A stretch of 64,000 nucleotides of DNA from Nematocida ausubeli. Lineage: Eukaryota. Positions 51,995 through 62,921 of the stretch are shown in pieces. The stretch is from contig NW_026515638.1 in the NCBI RefSeq assembly GCF_000738915.1, forward strand, positions 270,882 through 334,881. Reading direction: 5' to 3'. Under the pieces are notes generated by a model. The model did no database searches. It worked only from the letters and a program-made list of their open reading frames with translations, and was not told where the DNA came from. Made by a program: the position numbers and the translations under genes. The stretch's first letter is position 1, and every line of letters begins with the position of its first letter.

Positions 51995-53779
51995 ATGCAG
52001 TTAGTGCTCTACAGAGGAGAAGCAAGACAGCCAGAGAGCATTTCTGGTCTAGCAGTAAGCAATAAATATATTGGAACTGCATACGCAAGTGGAGTGATAG
52101 AAATATTCAGTAACCCACACCTATTCAGCCTCGCCAGAATTGACATAGGAATGAGGGACATTCAGACAATGGACTTTAACGGTGATGTCCTAATAGTTGG
52201 TTCGCTGACGGAAGGAATAGCCTGCATAGACACTCTCACATTCACAGTGAAAAGAGAAAAGAAAGAAGGCGTCTGGAAAGTGCTCTGTCACCGAGGAGAC
52301 AGAATGGTTCTCTACAGTCTGGCAGAGGGTGGCTCAGAGGTATTCGTAAATGGAGAATTCGTGTATAGATACAATGGGTACATTAGTGCAGCATGTTTTG
52401 GCCACAATAAAGGAGAGTTTATTCTAGGAACGCATGATGGGCGTGTTATTAAAATAGAAAATGGCAGGGGTGTAATGGACATAGCCTTGAGCAAAAATAA
52501 AGAAAGTGCTGAGACTGTAATGGAGCTTGTGCATATTGTAGGCGATGAGTATGGGTGCTGCACAATAGAAGGAAATTTCCATGTGGTAGATTTGCAGCAG
52601 GGCGTGATCCATCAGACAGTAAATGTCAGAAATAGTTCTCTGAATACTATGTGCACAATGGGAGAGAAAGTGTACATGGCAGGAGCAGACTCAAGAATTA
52701 TTTGTTACATGAAGACAAATAAACACTATATAAAGGAGTCCCAGGATGATGTGTGCTATAGTGATGCGCTATTTATGCGAGAGTCCAATGGAAATATAGT
52801 TCTGGCCTCAGAGTCAGGTGTTTTGATCGTCGTGCACCTGTATAAAACAGAAAAAAGACTCACTCTGCAGAAGTATCCTGCATATCCTGTGGCCTGCACA
52901 AATAACAAGGTGTACATGGCATCTGGTGAGGAAATGGAAATATTCAAAGTAGAGCAGCCTGAAGTTGCAGGTGACAGTATAAGGAGCAAATGTATTTTTA
53001 AGCATATAGCAAAGAGCCCTATACTTGACATAAAGTCAGTGGATACTCTTTCTGTTATCCGAACAAAAGAAGGCGTCAGAGCATACGAGTATGACCAAGA
53101 GAGTGCATCTGTCAAAGTAACCCTGCAAATAGGAGGTCTTGTACTGTACCATACAGTGATAGAAAATCAAGTCTGGTGCGTAATGGAAAAGAAGAAAAGG
53201 CTTATTTTAACTTTAGAAGATCTAAATAAAAGTAAAGGCACAGAGACACCCTGCAGAGAGTGGGTACTAAGTGAATTGGGAATAGACTTTGTTCCTACGC
53301 ACATTGCAAAGGGAAGAAAGAATGGGGAAGTTCTGATATCCGGGTCTGACATAGTGATCTTTAATAGCATAACCTCTGAGTGCACGAGAATATCCTCCAA
53401 AGAGACAGAGTACTTTATCAGTCATATATTCGGTGACAAAGTATATGGGCTAGGCCAGAATAGAAAGGCAGGCCTGAAAGACAGCAGAGTAGTCTCTTTG
53501 TTTAGTACCTCAGGAGAGAAAATAGGAGAGACAGGCGTAGTATTTAAGACACAAATTATTGATATGCAGATATGCAACAATGAAGTATTTATTGTAAGCC
53601 AGAAGGAGCTCATAGTGCTGCAAGGCCTGGAAGAGAAGAAAATAGTAGACATGTCTGCAGTAATAGATGGTGCAAGCGTAAGTGAAGAGAATGGAGTATT
53701 TGCAGTGCAGAGACCATGGCAATTTGCAATGCAAAAGATTCCACTGCAGGTATTTAAAGAGAAGTATGGAAGAAGATAG
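51995..53779 (+). CDS. UTP4: WD40 protein, U3 snoRNP-associated Utp4/cirhin-like
   Basis: Beta-propeller composition with PESISGLA...GVIEIF, MAGADSRII, and C-terminal QRPW...LQVFKEKYG. Confidence 0.7.
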   Translation: MQLVLYRGEARQPESISGLAVSNKYIGTAYASGVIEIFSNPHLFSLARIDIGMRDIQTMDFNGDVLIVGSLTEGIACIDTLTFTVKREKKEGVWKVLCHRGDRMVLYSLAEGGSEVFVNGEFVYRYNGYISAACFGHNKGEFILGTHDGRVIKIENGRGVMDIALSKNKESAETVMELVHIVGDEYGCCTIEGNFHVVDLQQGVIHQTVNVRNSSLNTMCTMGEKVYMAGADSRIICYMKTNKHYIKESQDDVCYSDALFMRESNGNIVLASESGVLIVVHLYKTEKRLTLQKYPAYPVACTNNKVYMASGEEMEIFKVEQPEVAGDSIRSKCIFKHIAKSPILDIKSVDTLSVIRTKEGVRAYEYDQESASVKVTLQIGGLVLYHTVIENQVWCVMEKKKRLILTLEDLNKSKGTETPCREWVLSELGIDFVPTHIAKGRKNGEVLISGSDIVIFNSITSECTRISSKETEYFISHIFGDKVYGLGQNRKAGLKDSRVVSLFSTSGEKIGETGVVFKTQIIDMQICNNEVFIVSQKELIVLQGLEEKKIVDMSAVIDGASVSEENGVFAVQRPWQFAMQKIPLQVFKEKYGRR

Positions 53780-54565
53780 ATAATTACTAATAAAGAGATA
53801 CACCGTACTCCTTCACAGCATTTTATCGCCATATACTTATTATATACTGTCAATAATTGCCTGCATAGAACTATTTCCATTCTATTCTTATACTGCAGCA
53901 CAAAGACATGCTTAATTTAAACTAAATATACTTATTAATTGAGACAGAATAATCTACTGAGACATAATAACACTATAATCCATTGAGTGCATAATATTAG
54001 TCTGCTGTCATGCACAGTCCTTCTATAGGCAGAAATTCATTCAAATTATTAATTCAAACTGTTTCTGTCTGCATGAAAATATTCGCGTTATAATACAAGA
54101 AAAGAGTACAGGTGTATATATGCACAAAGACCAAAATATAACCAAAATTATAGAAATATCCATAAAGAGACAGACAAATAGCATAAACACTCAGTTTAGA
54201 CAATACTTATAATTTGTAGTATAGACCAAGTATATTCATGCATACTCCATACTTATCACATTAACAGAAGACTTCTGTAAATTCAATAAAGAAAATAGCA
54301 CAGCCAGATCATATGCCATTACGTGCAAACCCACAGGAAAACATATTGCACAGCTATTTCAATTATTTTGTGCTCTGGCTGTCTCCTGTAGTCCTAGTCT
54401 CTTTTCTGGGAGTTTTGCAAAAAGACTCTTAGGATGGTCTATTGGCAGATGCGTATATGGAGTCATTTCTAGCAGGAATTCCTCGTAATTTATAAAAGTA
54501 TAAATAGTGCAATATAAAGAGTAAAATTAACTAGCATTTAATAAGAAAATATTGAAAGAGATCAA

Positions 54566-55033
54566 TTATAGTCTTCTTCCACGTCTTCCTCCCTTCTTTC
54601 TTGTTCTATCAGCTGCAATTGGTGTGACATCCTCAATTCTTCCAATTCTTAGCCCATTTCTAGCAAGAGATCTGAGTGCACTCTGTGCTCCTGGTCCTGG
54701 GGTCTTTGTCTTTACTCCTCCGCTGGCTCTTACTCTTACGTGCACAGCATTGAAACCTGCAGCCTTTGCCTGCTCTGCAGCTCTCTGGGCGGCAAACATA
54801 GCAGCATATGGACTGCTCTCGTCTTTATCTGTTTTAACAATCATACCTCCAGTTATTCTGCATATGGTTTCTCTGGATGTCAAATCAGTTATGTGGACAA
54901 AGGTGTCATTGTGGGAGGCGTAAATATGGGCCACTCCAAAGACTATCTTCTCCTGCACCTTCTCAACTACTTCTGCTGGTGCTTCTGCTTCTATAATTTC
55001 TACTTCTGGCTGGATTTTTTGCTCAACTTCCAT
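54566..55033 (-). CDS. RPS14: 40S ribosomal protein S14 (uS11)
   Basis: [53 protein letters not shown]. Start context CCCCC-AG-ATG. Confidence 0.97.
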   Translation of the reverse strand: MEVEQKIQPEVEIIEAEAPAEVVEKVQEKIVFGVAHIYASHNDTFVHITDLTSRETICRITGGMIVKTDKDESSPYAAMFAAQRAAEQAKAAGFNAVHVRVRASGGVKTKTPGPGAQSALRSLARNGLRIGRIEDVTPIAADRTRKKGGRRGRRL

Positions 55034-55072
55034 CTGGGGGTATAAAATAAAAAAATATTTTATTCTTTCATA

Positions 55073-56842
55073 ATGTTTTCTTGTCATGACTTTACGGGTC
55101 ACTGCACCTTCTGCTTTAGAAATGTGTTTAATGAGCCAATTACATACTGCGAGTGCGGAACAGAATTCTGCAATGCACATGTGAAATATCATATGGAGAA
55201 TGACCACAAAAGGATATTAGTGACTATTACAGGAAAAATGCCTGATATTGAAATAAAAATAGAAAGCTCTGAAAGGGAGATAGAGAAAGAATCTCTTGAG
55301 AGTCAAATCAGGCAGTGCCTGTTTACACCCGTTGTAGAAGGTGCACAGATAAAAAAGTGCCCACATATAAATGTAGACAAGGAAATACGCATAGAAAGTG
55401 CCACCTGTACAAATTGCGATATAAACAGCAACTCCTGGGCGTGTGTGAAGTGCAGTACGGTATTCTGTGGACGGGAACAGTATGGAATAGAAGGAAAAGG
55501 ACACGGAATGAAGCACTATATGGAGGATAATGAGCATTGTACATATCTGAAAGTGCAGAATATAGACAGCAATAAGAAGATTGTTGATGTGTATTGTTAT
55601 AAGTGCGAGAGCATGGTAGGGCATGATATATATCCATACATAAGAAATCTCATACCAAATGCAAATAATATTCATAGTGAAAAGCATAAAGAAGATGCCT
55701 GCAATGAAGAAGTTGCAAAAGCAGATGCTGAGCCAGTGCTAAATACACTGGAACTAGCAAGAAGACTGAATAGCAAGACAGAAGAAATATCCCGTGATTT
55801 AGAGAAAGAAAGCACAACACAAATTATACCGTATAAGACTGTGTGGTCTGAAGGAGGAATAGTTGACCTAGGGAATACGTGCTACATTTCATCTGTTTTG
55901 CAGGCTGTGGCATACTGCATCTCTGCGGCTGGGTGCATGAATATGCTCAAGCCAATTTACTACACAGAATGTGAAAGACCAAAGGAGTGCTTTGGATGCC
56001 AGTTCAGGAAAGTGATTAAACAAGTAGACTTATCGCACAAGACTAAGGTTGAAAGCTTCTCAGTCAATAGTTTGTGCAAAGTGATTGAGAGCATGTACCC
56101 AAGATATGTCATAGGAACACAGCAAGATGCTTCAGAGTACCTCACAGACATGCTTATGCTTGTAGAAAGCTACAGTGAAATGGGACATTTTTCAGAGTTG
56201 CACGAGTGCTTTAAAATCAGACAGGAAATTCACATTGTCTGCGACAGCTGCAACACTTTTACATCGCAGGAGGAGATTGGCCCAGTTATATACATAGGGT
56301 CAGAGCAGAAAGTGGAGGAAATATTCTCGCCTGAGATGCTGCCTGCTGTATGCGAGTGCAAAGAAAGAAAAAAAAGAAAGACATATCTGACAAAACCCCC
56401 TAAAATACTGACAGTTGGAATAAACAAAGATGTAAACAGCAACGAAAAAAGGACTATTCCAGATATTTTAAATGTAAAAAGCCTACCCGGAAAGAATATA
56501 CAATACCGGCTAGAGGCAGCAATTATCCATAAGGGCACACCCCAGGCAGGGCATTACGTCGTGCAGGTGCCCCTTGCAGAATGCAAGCTAGGGAAGTCTC
56601 TTTTTCAGGACTTTGAAAAAAAGGAGAAAGAACTGCATGCCAAACTAGAAGAAGAGGTGTGCGCAGAAAAAAAGGAGGATGACGCAGACGCATCATCTGC
56701 AAGCACCAATAAAAAGCACAGAAAGTGCACACCAATCACTCAAGAAAATGCGTATGTAGTGCACGACAACGAAAAGACAGGAATACAGGAGCTGCTGCAG
56801 TCTGATGCAACACTTCTCTTCTATAAATTATTCAATGAATAA
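55073..56842 (+). CDS. UBP14: ZnF-UBP ubiquitin hydrolase UBP14/USP5-like, catalytically intact
   Basis: ZnF-UBP (WACVKC...CGREQYG...GHGMKHY), Cys box [20 protein letters not shown], His box IIHKG...GHYV. Confidence 0.85.
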   Translation: MFSCHDFTGHCTFCFRNVFNEPITYCECGTEFCNAHVKYHMENDHKRILVTITGKMPDIEIKIESSEREIEKESLESQIRQCLFTPVVEGAQIKKCPHINVDKEIRIESATCTNCDINSNSWACVKCSTVFCGREQYGIEGKGHGMKHYMEDNEHCTYLKVQNIDSNKKIVDVYCYKCESMVGHDIYPYIRNLIPNANNIHSEKHKEDACNEEVAKADAEPVLNTLELARRLNSKTEEISRDLEKESTTQIIPYKTVWSEGGIVDLGNTCYISSVLQAVAYCISAAGCMNMLKPIYYTECERPKECFGCQFRKVIKQVDLSHKTKVESFSVNSLCKVIESMYPRYVIGTQQDASEYLTDMLMLVESYSEMGHFSELHECFKIRQEIHIVCDSCNTFTSQEEIGPVIYIGSEQKVEEIFSPEMLPAVCECKERKKRKTYLTKPPKILTVGINKDVNSNEKRTIPDILNVKSLPGKNIQYRLEAAIIHKGTPQAGHYVVQVPLAECKLGKSLFQDFEKKEKELHAKLEEEVCAEKKEDDADASSASTNKKHRKCTPITQENAYVVHDNEKTGIQELLQSDATLLFYKLFNE

Positions 56843-56877
56843 AAATGCATCAGTTTGATTGATGGCAAACTTATAAA

Positions 56878-58707
56878 ATGTTTAAGTATATTGCAGACAT
56901 GAAGTTTTTGGCTGGATTCTTGAAGGGAAAGTGCATGCAGTGCCTGGATTCAGACTACAGGAACATTGTTGCTATTTGCTCTTGTGGGGCAGAACTATGC
57001 AGAAAGCACGCAGTCTTTCATATCTTTGAAAAACACACTCAGTACCCAATCGAGATAATAAAAGAGAACGAAAAAATGTACGCGCAGATTACAACAAACG
57101 ACTGTTTCCTGATAGAAGGCTCTCTGGAGGTTCTCAAATGCAAGTGCCTGGCAGCCTGTCTTATAAAAAAGGAAAGTGTATTTCCTCCGTGCATGCATAT
57201 TTTCAAAGTGTTCAAGGAAATGAACAGAGTTGCAAACCAAATATCCAGGATGACCATAGACTACGAAGAAAGTGAGTGCTGCTTATGCTCTCTGCGCAAA
57301 AACAGATGGCTTTGTATTGTGTGCGGTCTTGTTTTCTGCGGTAGACAGAGGTATGATATGAAAGGAAACAGCCATGCATACAAGCACTTTGAAGGAACTG
57401 AGCACTCGATCTTTATAAACCTAGATGACTTTGATCCAAGCCACCTGCAGATGGCAGCTTTTTGCTGCTACTGTGGTGTGTTTATAATAGATGAAATTAT
57501 TTATGAAATATTCAACTGCAGATACATTGGAGTGTCTGGGTGCGGAATATGCCCAGGAAATTCTCTAAACAAATCGAACAAAAAAAACTGCACCATATGC
57601 AGCCAGAAAAGCACGTGCATGTCCTTGCTAAAATCCCCAGAGAGATCATCTGGATATGCACTTGCTGTGCTGCATGGAATTTCATACGCTATTTTGAGTG
57701 TAGGGTCTATGTGCATTTTCAATAACATGAAAATCAGAGATGCAAACACTGAGTTTAAGAACATGGTGAATGAGATGCTTGCAAAGATGATTTACATGCA
57801 TGTGTTTGGGAAAAACGAATATATTTTCATTGATCAGATTGAGCATGCGATAAACAGCGAGTTTGTCCGATACGAAGAAGATGCACTTGTAGATGTGGCG
57901 AGGTTCTTTCGGAACTGCATGTCCATGCTGAAGAGAAATGAAAGACCTGACTGCGAGGAGAAAAACATCTCAAATCTGTTTTATATTTTGCTGCGGTCAT
58001 CTATTACATGCAATGTATGCCGGGAGAAGTGGGACCGGTCAGAGAAAGTATGTATTTTGTACTTGAAGCCAAACCAAAGCATCTCTGAGTTTTTCTCCAT
58101 AAAGCAGTTGGATAAGCTCTGCAAGTGCGGGGCTGCCAATAAAACAGTTACTTCGTGTCTTGCAAATATTCCTAGCATCATAACTATCCGCTTGAAGAAG
58201 CCAGGGAATTACATTCTGGGAGAAAATGCAACAAGTACAATAGAAAAGGAGCTGTGCATTCCATACCGTGAGAGTGAGCGAAGAAGCGAACATGCACCAC
58301 TGTATCCCCAGAGAGTGTTTGAAAACCGCATGGATGAAGAAGAAAACTTGCACGACATTGGAAGTGTGTTTATTTCTGACCTACTACCCCCAGATGTCTT
58401 TGAGAAGATGAAGATGTTTTTTGTTAAGAACCAGACCAGGTCTCAGAAGAGGCCAAAGAGTATGTTTCAGCAAGGCAGGAAAGAGTCATTTCTAAGCTAC
58501 AAGCTCAAAGCAGCTGTAATATACCAGAATAATCCGAGTGGAGGATACTACTTTGCACAGATGCTTGATGAAAGATCTTTTCTGAACAACCACGATGCAG
58601 ATATAGAAAAAGTGCTGTGGACAACTTTTATTGATGGAAAGATTGACCAGCTGCCTCTATTCAAGGATGATGCCATACTCCTTCTATATGTCAATGCTAA
58701 TGAATAG
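56878..58707 (+). CDS. UBP14-like tandem paralog with a degenerate catalytic site (pseudo-DUB)
   Basis: Colinear with the upstream gene. ZnF-UBP is kept, while the Cys box reads SSGYALAVLH and the His box reads VIYQNNPSGGYY. Start may be 56899. Confidence 0.82.
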   Translation: MFKYIADMKFLAGFLKGKCMQCLDSDYRNIVAICSCGAELCRKHAVFHIFEKHTQYPIEIIKENEKMYAQITTNDCFLIEGSLEVLKCKCLAACLIKKESVFPPCMHIFKVFKEMNRVANQISRMTIDYEESECCLCSLRKNRWLCIVCGLVFCGRQRYDMKGNSHAYKHFEGTEHSIFINLDDFDPSHLQMAAFCCYCGVFIIDEIIYEIFNCRYIGVSGCGICPGNSLNKSNKKNCTICSQKSTCMSLLKSPERSSGYALAVLHGISYAILSVGSMCIFNNMKIRDANTEFKNMVNEMLAKMIYMHVFGKNEYIFIDQIEHAINSEFVRYEEDALVDVARFFRNCMSMLKRNERPDCEEKNISNLFYILLRSSITCNVCREKWDRSEKVCILYLKPNQSISEFFSIKQLDKLCKCGAANKTVTSCLANIPSIITIRLKKPGNYILGENATSTIEKELCIPYRESERRSEHAPLYPQRVFENRMDEEENLHDIGSVFISDLLPPDVFEKMKMFFVKNQTRSQKRPKSMFQQGRKESFLSYKLKAAVIYQNNPSGGYYFAQMLDERSFLNNHDADIEKVLWTTFIDGKIDQLPLFKDDAILLLYVNANE

Positions 58708-59867
58708 GGTTTTTTGAGAAATATGTCAATATCCATTGACAGCACGCAGTGTAAGTGGCTTCTGTGGGTGGTGCGTGCTGGTATCTATTTATCTCACGTG
58801 TAATTGTAGATGAATAAATAACTCAAAGATACACAGTGCATAGTAAAATAGAACCCTTGTGTTCTGCACTTTCTTACAGAACTGGTTATAAAACACTAAA
58901 TTAAATATAGCTGAAACTTATACTTTTTTACTTTGCAGTGTGGAAGACTTTGGGTTTAAAGATTTTTCTAAAAAGAAATTAGCAAAGCCCCATGACAGCC
59001 TAGACTCAAAGGATGCACTATCATGGCAAGTGCAATATACGGATGAAAGAAACTTTTTAAGCAGATTTGCACCCGTGAGCAAATAAATACCCAAATATAA
59101 CCAGAAGTATTCAGAGTATATCCTAAGTAAGCACTTCAGATGGAATATCCATGAGCATATGACTATTCCAAACAAAAACTAACTCCTGTGCTTCTTGTGG
59201 GTGAAAAGTGCATTCAGGTTATTTCATAAATTCACATGAAATTAACTTGAATATATAAAGTATAAGCCAAGAAATAACAATTAAAATGGTTTATTTATAG
59301 CCAAGCATTTTACATGCAACTGCATAAACAATAAGATATATGTCTGCAGGTAGTATGTAGAATATCTCTCATAGAAGCATAGACATATCTTACACTGTGC
59401 TGTATTCTATATGAACTGGTCTTCATTCTTTCCGGCTGTCTTTATTACACAGAAGATTTTCTTCATGTAATTCATGCATGTACCAGAAATCCGCCTAGAG
59501 CTATATTTAGTTTAGCTAATAGTAAATAGTATGATAATCTATTCTAACATGAATACAGTCCATTATAACAATGAAATCTAGTCTATTCAGGCGTGTCTCA
59601 CCCTGATATAAAATGTTTGTCTATGCTGATCACCATATAGCACACAGAATATTCTTATATATACAAAAGCCGTACCAGTCTCTTTTCCATGTATATTGAA
59701 TGAATTAAAAATGAATACTCTGAAGGAATAATTGCTTCTATGACTGTGCACGTGTACTTTAAGGCCTAATAAAAGTGCGCATAAAGTAGAATGTACAAAT
59801 ATAAATCAGCCTTTGCATAGATCCTGGCCTAACAAGTTCCAAAAATATCCACTCCTTGAATACACTC

Positions 59868-60065
59868 TCACTCAATTAGAGTAAGCAGAAGAATATTAGA
59901 GCCCTTTACAAAAAGAAATCCCTTTTTAATATCTGCATTAACTGTGGCATTCTGTAAGACTACATTCAGGTACTGGTCAATTGCTAGTAGTGTGCCTTCA
60001 TAGATGCTTCCACAGTGTGTTTTAACAGAAACAGGTGAATGCATAAATTCAGAAATCTGTTCCAT
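59868..60065 (-). CDS. LSM6: Sm-like protein (LSm6/SmF type), 65 aa
   Basis: Sm1 motif VSVKTHCGSIYEGTLLAIDQYLNVVL and Sm2 motif LFVKGSNI. Confidence 0.75.
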   Translation of the reverse strand: MEQISEFMHSPVSVKTHCGSIYEGTLLAIDQYLNVVLQNATVNADIKKGFLFVKGSNILLLTLIE

Positions 60066-60084
60066 TGAAATTTTTTTATATTGC

Positions 60085-62673
60085 ATGGATAGAATATATA
60101 CTTCATACCGGCAGAATAAAAAGGGCGAGATCTTTAAAATACCCTCGCAGATCTATCTAAGCAGAAATCTTCCTTGTGGGTTCGGGTGCTGCGGAAATAT
60201 AAATCCAAGGATCCAGGAGTCCCTTCAGCACTCATCTACGTTCTATATTGTGTCTGATGAGTTTCTAAATGACTTTGTTTCCTTCATAGAGACAAAAAGC
60301 ATTAGAAATGTCATTCTAACCAGGACAGCACTCTTGGAGATAAAGAAAAAGTACATGAACACGCATAGAAGGCTAGAGATGGCAATAGACAGGTACAATC
60401 TTTTTGTTCTTGAAGATATCTACAGCGAGGACATCTATACGTATAACAAGGAAAGAAAGTCTGCAGTGGACTGCTCATACTATGAGATGATCAGCATGTG
60501 GTATGGCGAGCACATCAAAGAGTGCACATTCATGGCAGTTCATTCCCAGAAAGAAGTTCCTTCAGAGTATCCAGAGGGACTATTTCTATCTACACAGTTT
60601 AGCACACACTTACCAGAGATTTCCATTAGAGAAATGTTTCCAACAGATGAAAAGTACAATATGCCGTATATGAGCATGGAGGAGGTCGCTGAATTGAAGG
60701 ACAGAATTGAGGTTGGTTTCATCTCCATAGAGGACAGAGACTCAGGCGGAGTACTCCTCTGCAACATTGAAGGACACCAAATCCGAATAGAAGTTCCAAG
60801 AGAGCATCTTAACAGAGCAATTGACAGAGATTATGTAATAGTTGAAGTACTTAAGGAGGCAGGAGACGTATACATAGGCCGAGTGGTTAGCGTGGAGAGA
60901 AGAAATAGAAAACCCTTCCCATGCAGAATAATAAAGACACTCGATGAGAGTATGTCGCATGTTCTCCTTGAGCCAGAGATGAACAATCTTCCAAATGTCA
61001 TATGCCAACTGACAGCGCGCTCAGACAGCACACAGCATAATATCCCAGATATTATGGCCAGACTAGAAAAAAGTGTTCTGTTAGTAGTAGTAGAAGAGTG
61101 GTACGAAAATGAAAAATATCCCATTGGATATATAATAAAGGAGACCGGAGAGAAGGAAAGCATTGAGGCAGAGACAGCAGCCCTTCTTGCACACCATGCT
61201 ATTCTGGACCAGGCATTTGAGGAAGCAGCACAGGCTGAGTTACCCTCTGAAAACTGGCAGATAACCCAGGAGGACTTGGCAGAAAGAGAGGATCTTCGGG
61301 ACTATCCTATTGCAAGTATAGACCCAGAAGGGTGCATAGACATAGACGATGCTCTGCATGCAAAGTACAACACAGACGGCACCATTGATGTGGGTGTGCA
61401 TATAGCAGATGTCACGCACTTTGTAAAGGAAGACAGTCACTTGGACCGAGAGGGAAGAATCAGAGGATGCACTACGTATCTGCCAAATAGAAGAATAGAC
61501 ATGCTTCCACCTCTTCTGGGAACAAATCTGTGCTCTCTTCATGAAAATGTGGACAGACTTGCATTTTCTGTTGTTTGGAAGGTTCGCCTGGCCCAGGATA
61601 AAGTGGTTTTCCTTGACAGGCGATTTGTCAAATCGATTATTCGCTCAAAGGTGTCATTTACATACGACCAGGCCTCTGCAGTTCTTAAGACAGGGCAGTA
61701 CAGTTCCCAGGAGATTCTGAACTCCGTCCAACTTCTTAAGAAAATCTCTGTTCTTCTGAAGAAGAGTAGACTGGAGACTGGCGCATTTGTGATACACTCA
61801 GATGAGTGCAGAATATCAGCAAGAAATGACAAGTACTTTAAAGACATACTGCGAAATCCTGCAGAGCACATTATTACAGAAGACAGCCATACAGAAGAGT
61901 ATGATACGCACTCTCTTGTGGAAGAGTTCATGTTGCTGGCAAACCAGCACGTGGCCACCTTCATATCTAGCGTGTACCCAAAGGAGTCTCTAATAAGAAT
62001 CCACCCAAGGCCATCGACTGCAGCATTCAAGGAACTGGAGACAGCTCTCTCCAGGCACACGCGCACACAAGTGGTGCTAGATCCGCAGCAGCCCTCAGTG
62101 CTTTCCAACACACTAAAGGCATACTCAACAACAGATGAGCTGAAGAGCACAATTGGAGCATGGGCGACAAAGTGCATGACCCAGGCAGTCTACTCTCCCT
62201 CCTCCATCGGGTGCAAGCTTCACTATGGGCTGGCAATGGAAAACTACACGCACTTTACATCCCCGATCAGAAGATACGCAGATGTAATTGTGCACAGGAT
62301 ATTATACAGCGCAATTCACCGCGAGAAATACTCCCCTATCACGGAAACACGTCTGGAAAGAATCTGCGACTCGGTTAACAGATCATACAGAAATGCAAAG
62401 ATGGTTGCCCGGCATGCGAACCAGCTGTACGTGCGGTATCTTATCATGAACCAAATGGTTACTGTTGTAATTGTGGGGATATCTTCTGCAAAGGTAGAGG
62501 TGTATCTTCCATACTACGGAATAAACGGGATTCTGTGTCTTCCAGAGTCTCTTGCTGTTGTGGACGGGTGCATATCTGATGGGCGAAATATGAGAATAAG
62601 CGTGTTCTCCTCTGTAAAGGCAGTTCTTGTGCCAGAAGTTCGAAAAGTGTTTGCCTTCAATCTTGCAGCTTAA
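60085..62673 (+). CDS. DIS3: Exosome catalytic subunit DIS3/RRP44 (RNB exonuclease)
   Basis: LNRAIDRD, REDLRD, SIDPEGCIDIDDALH, VGVHIADV, LVEEFMLLAN, HYGLA...YTHFTSPIRRYAD. Confidence 0.93.
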   Translation: MDRIYTSYRQNKKGEIFKIPSQIYLSRNLPCGFGCCGNINPRIQESLQHSSTFYIVSDEFLNDFVSFIETKSIRNVILTRTALLEIKKKYMNTHRRLEMAIDRYNLFVLEDIYSEDIYTYNKERKSAVDCSYYEMISMWYGEHIKECTFMAVHSQKEVPSEYPEGLFLSTQFSTHLPEISIREMFPTDEKYNMPYMSMEEVAELKDRIEVGFISIEDRDSGGVLLCNIEGHQIRIEVPREHLNRAIDRDYVIVEVLKEAGDVYIGRVVSVERRNRKPFPCRIIKTLDESMSHVLLEPEMNNLPNVICQLTARSDSTQHNIPDIMARLEKSVLLVVVEEWYENEKYPIGYIIKETGEKESIEAETAALLAHHAILDQAFEEAAQAELPSENWQITQEDLAEREDLRDYPIASIDPEGCIDIDDALHAKYNTDGTIDVGVHIADVTHFVKEDSHLDREGRIRGCTTYLPNRRIDMLPPLLGTNLCSLHENVDRLAFSVVWKVRLAQDKVVFLDRRFVKSIIRSKVSFTYDQASAVLKTGQYSSQEILNSVQLLKKISVLLKKSRLETGAFVIHSDECRISARNDKYFKDILRNPAEHIITEDSHTEEYDTHSLVEEFMLLANQHVATFISSVYPKESLIRIHPRPSTAAFKELETALSRHTRTQVVLDPQQPSVLSNTLKAYSTTDELKSTIGAWATKCMTQAVYSPSSIGCKLHYGLAMENYTHFTSPIRRYADVIVHRILYSAIHREKYSPITETRLERICDSVNRSYRNAKMVARHANQLYVRYLIMNQMVTVVIVGISSAKVEVYLPYYGINGILCLPESLAVVDGCISDGRNMRISVFSSVKAVLVPEVRKVFAFNLAA

Positions 62674-62921
62674 GTAGAAATAAATGGATACGGAACACTA
62701 GGAAAAATTTATATAGCTTATAAGTACTTTTGCCTGCTAAATGCATAGCACTTTCTCCTGCTACTGCAAGAAATATTTTGGAAAATATGCTTAAGGAAAC
62801 GAAAGTCAAATTACAGTAGATCAGTAATATTTTATAATTGAAGTCTTTGGTAAAGAACGAAAAATTTTGGAGAAATTTTAACTATAAATTGAAAAAAATT
62901 TGCATATTCTTAACCCTTGCA

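Noticed and set aside
58918..59175. 85-aa minus ORF and a partly open plus frame
   Set aside because: Non-ATG start and no motif. The plus frame has stops and no recognisable homolog.
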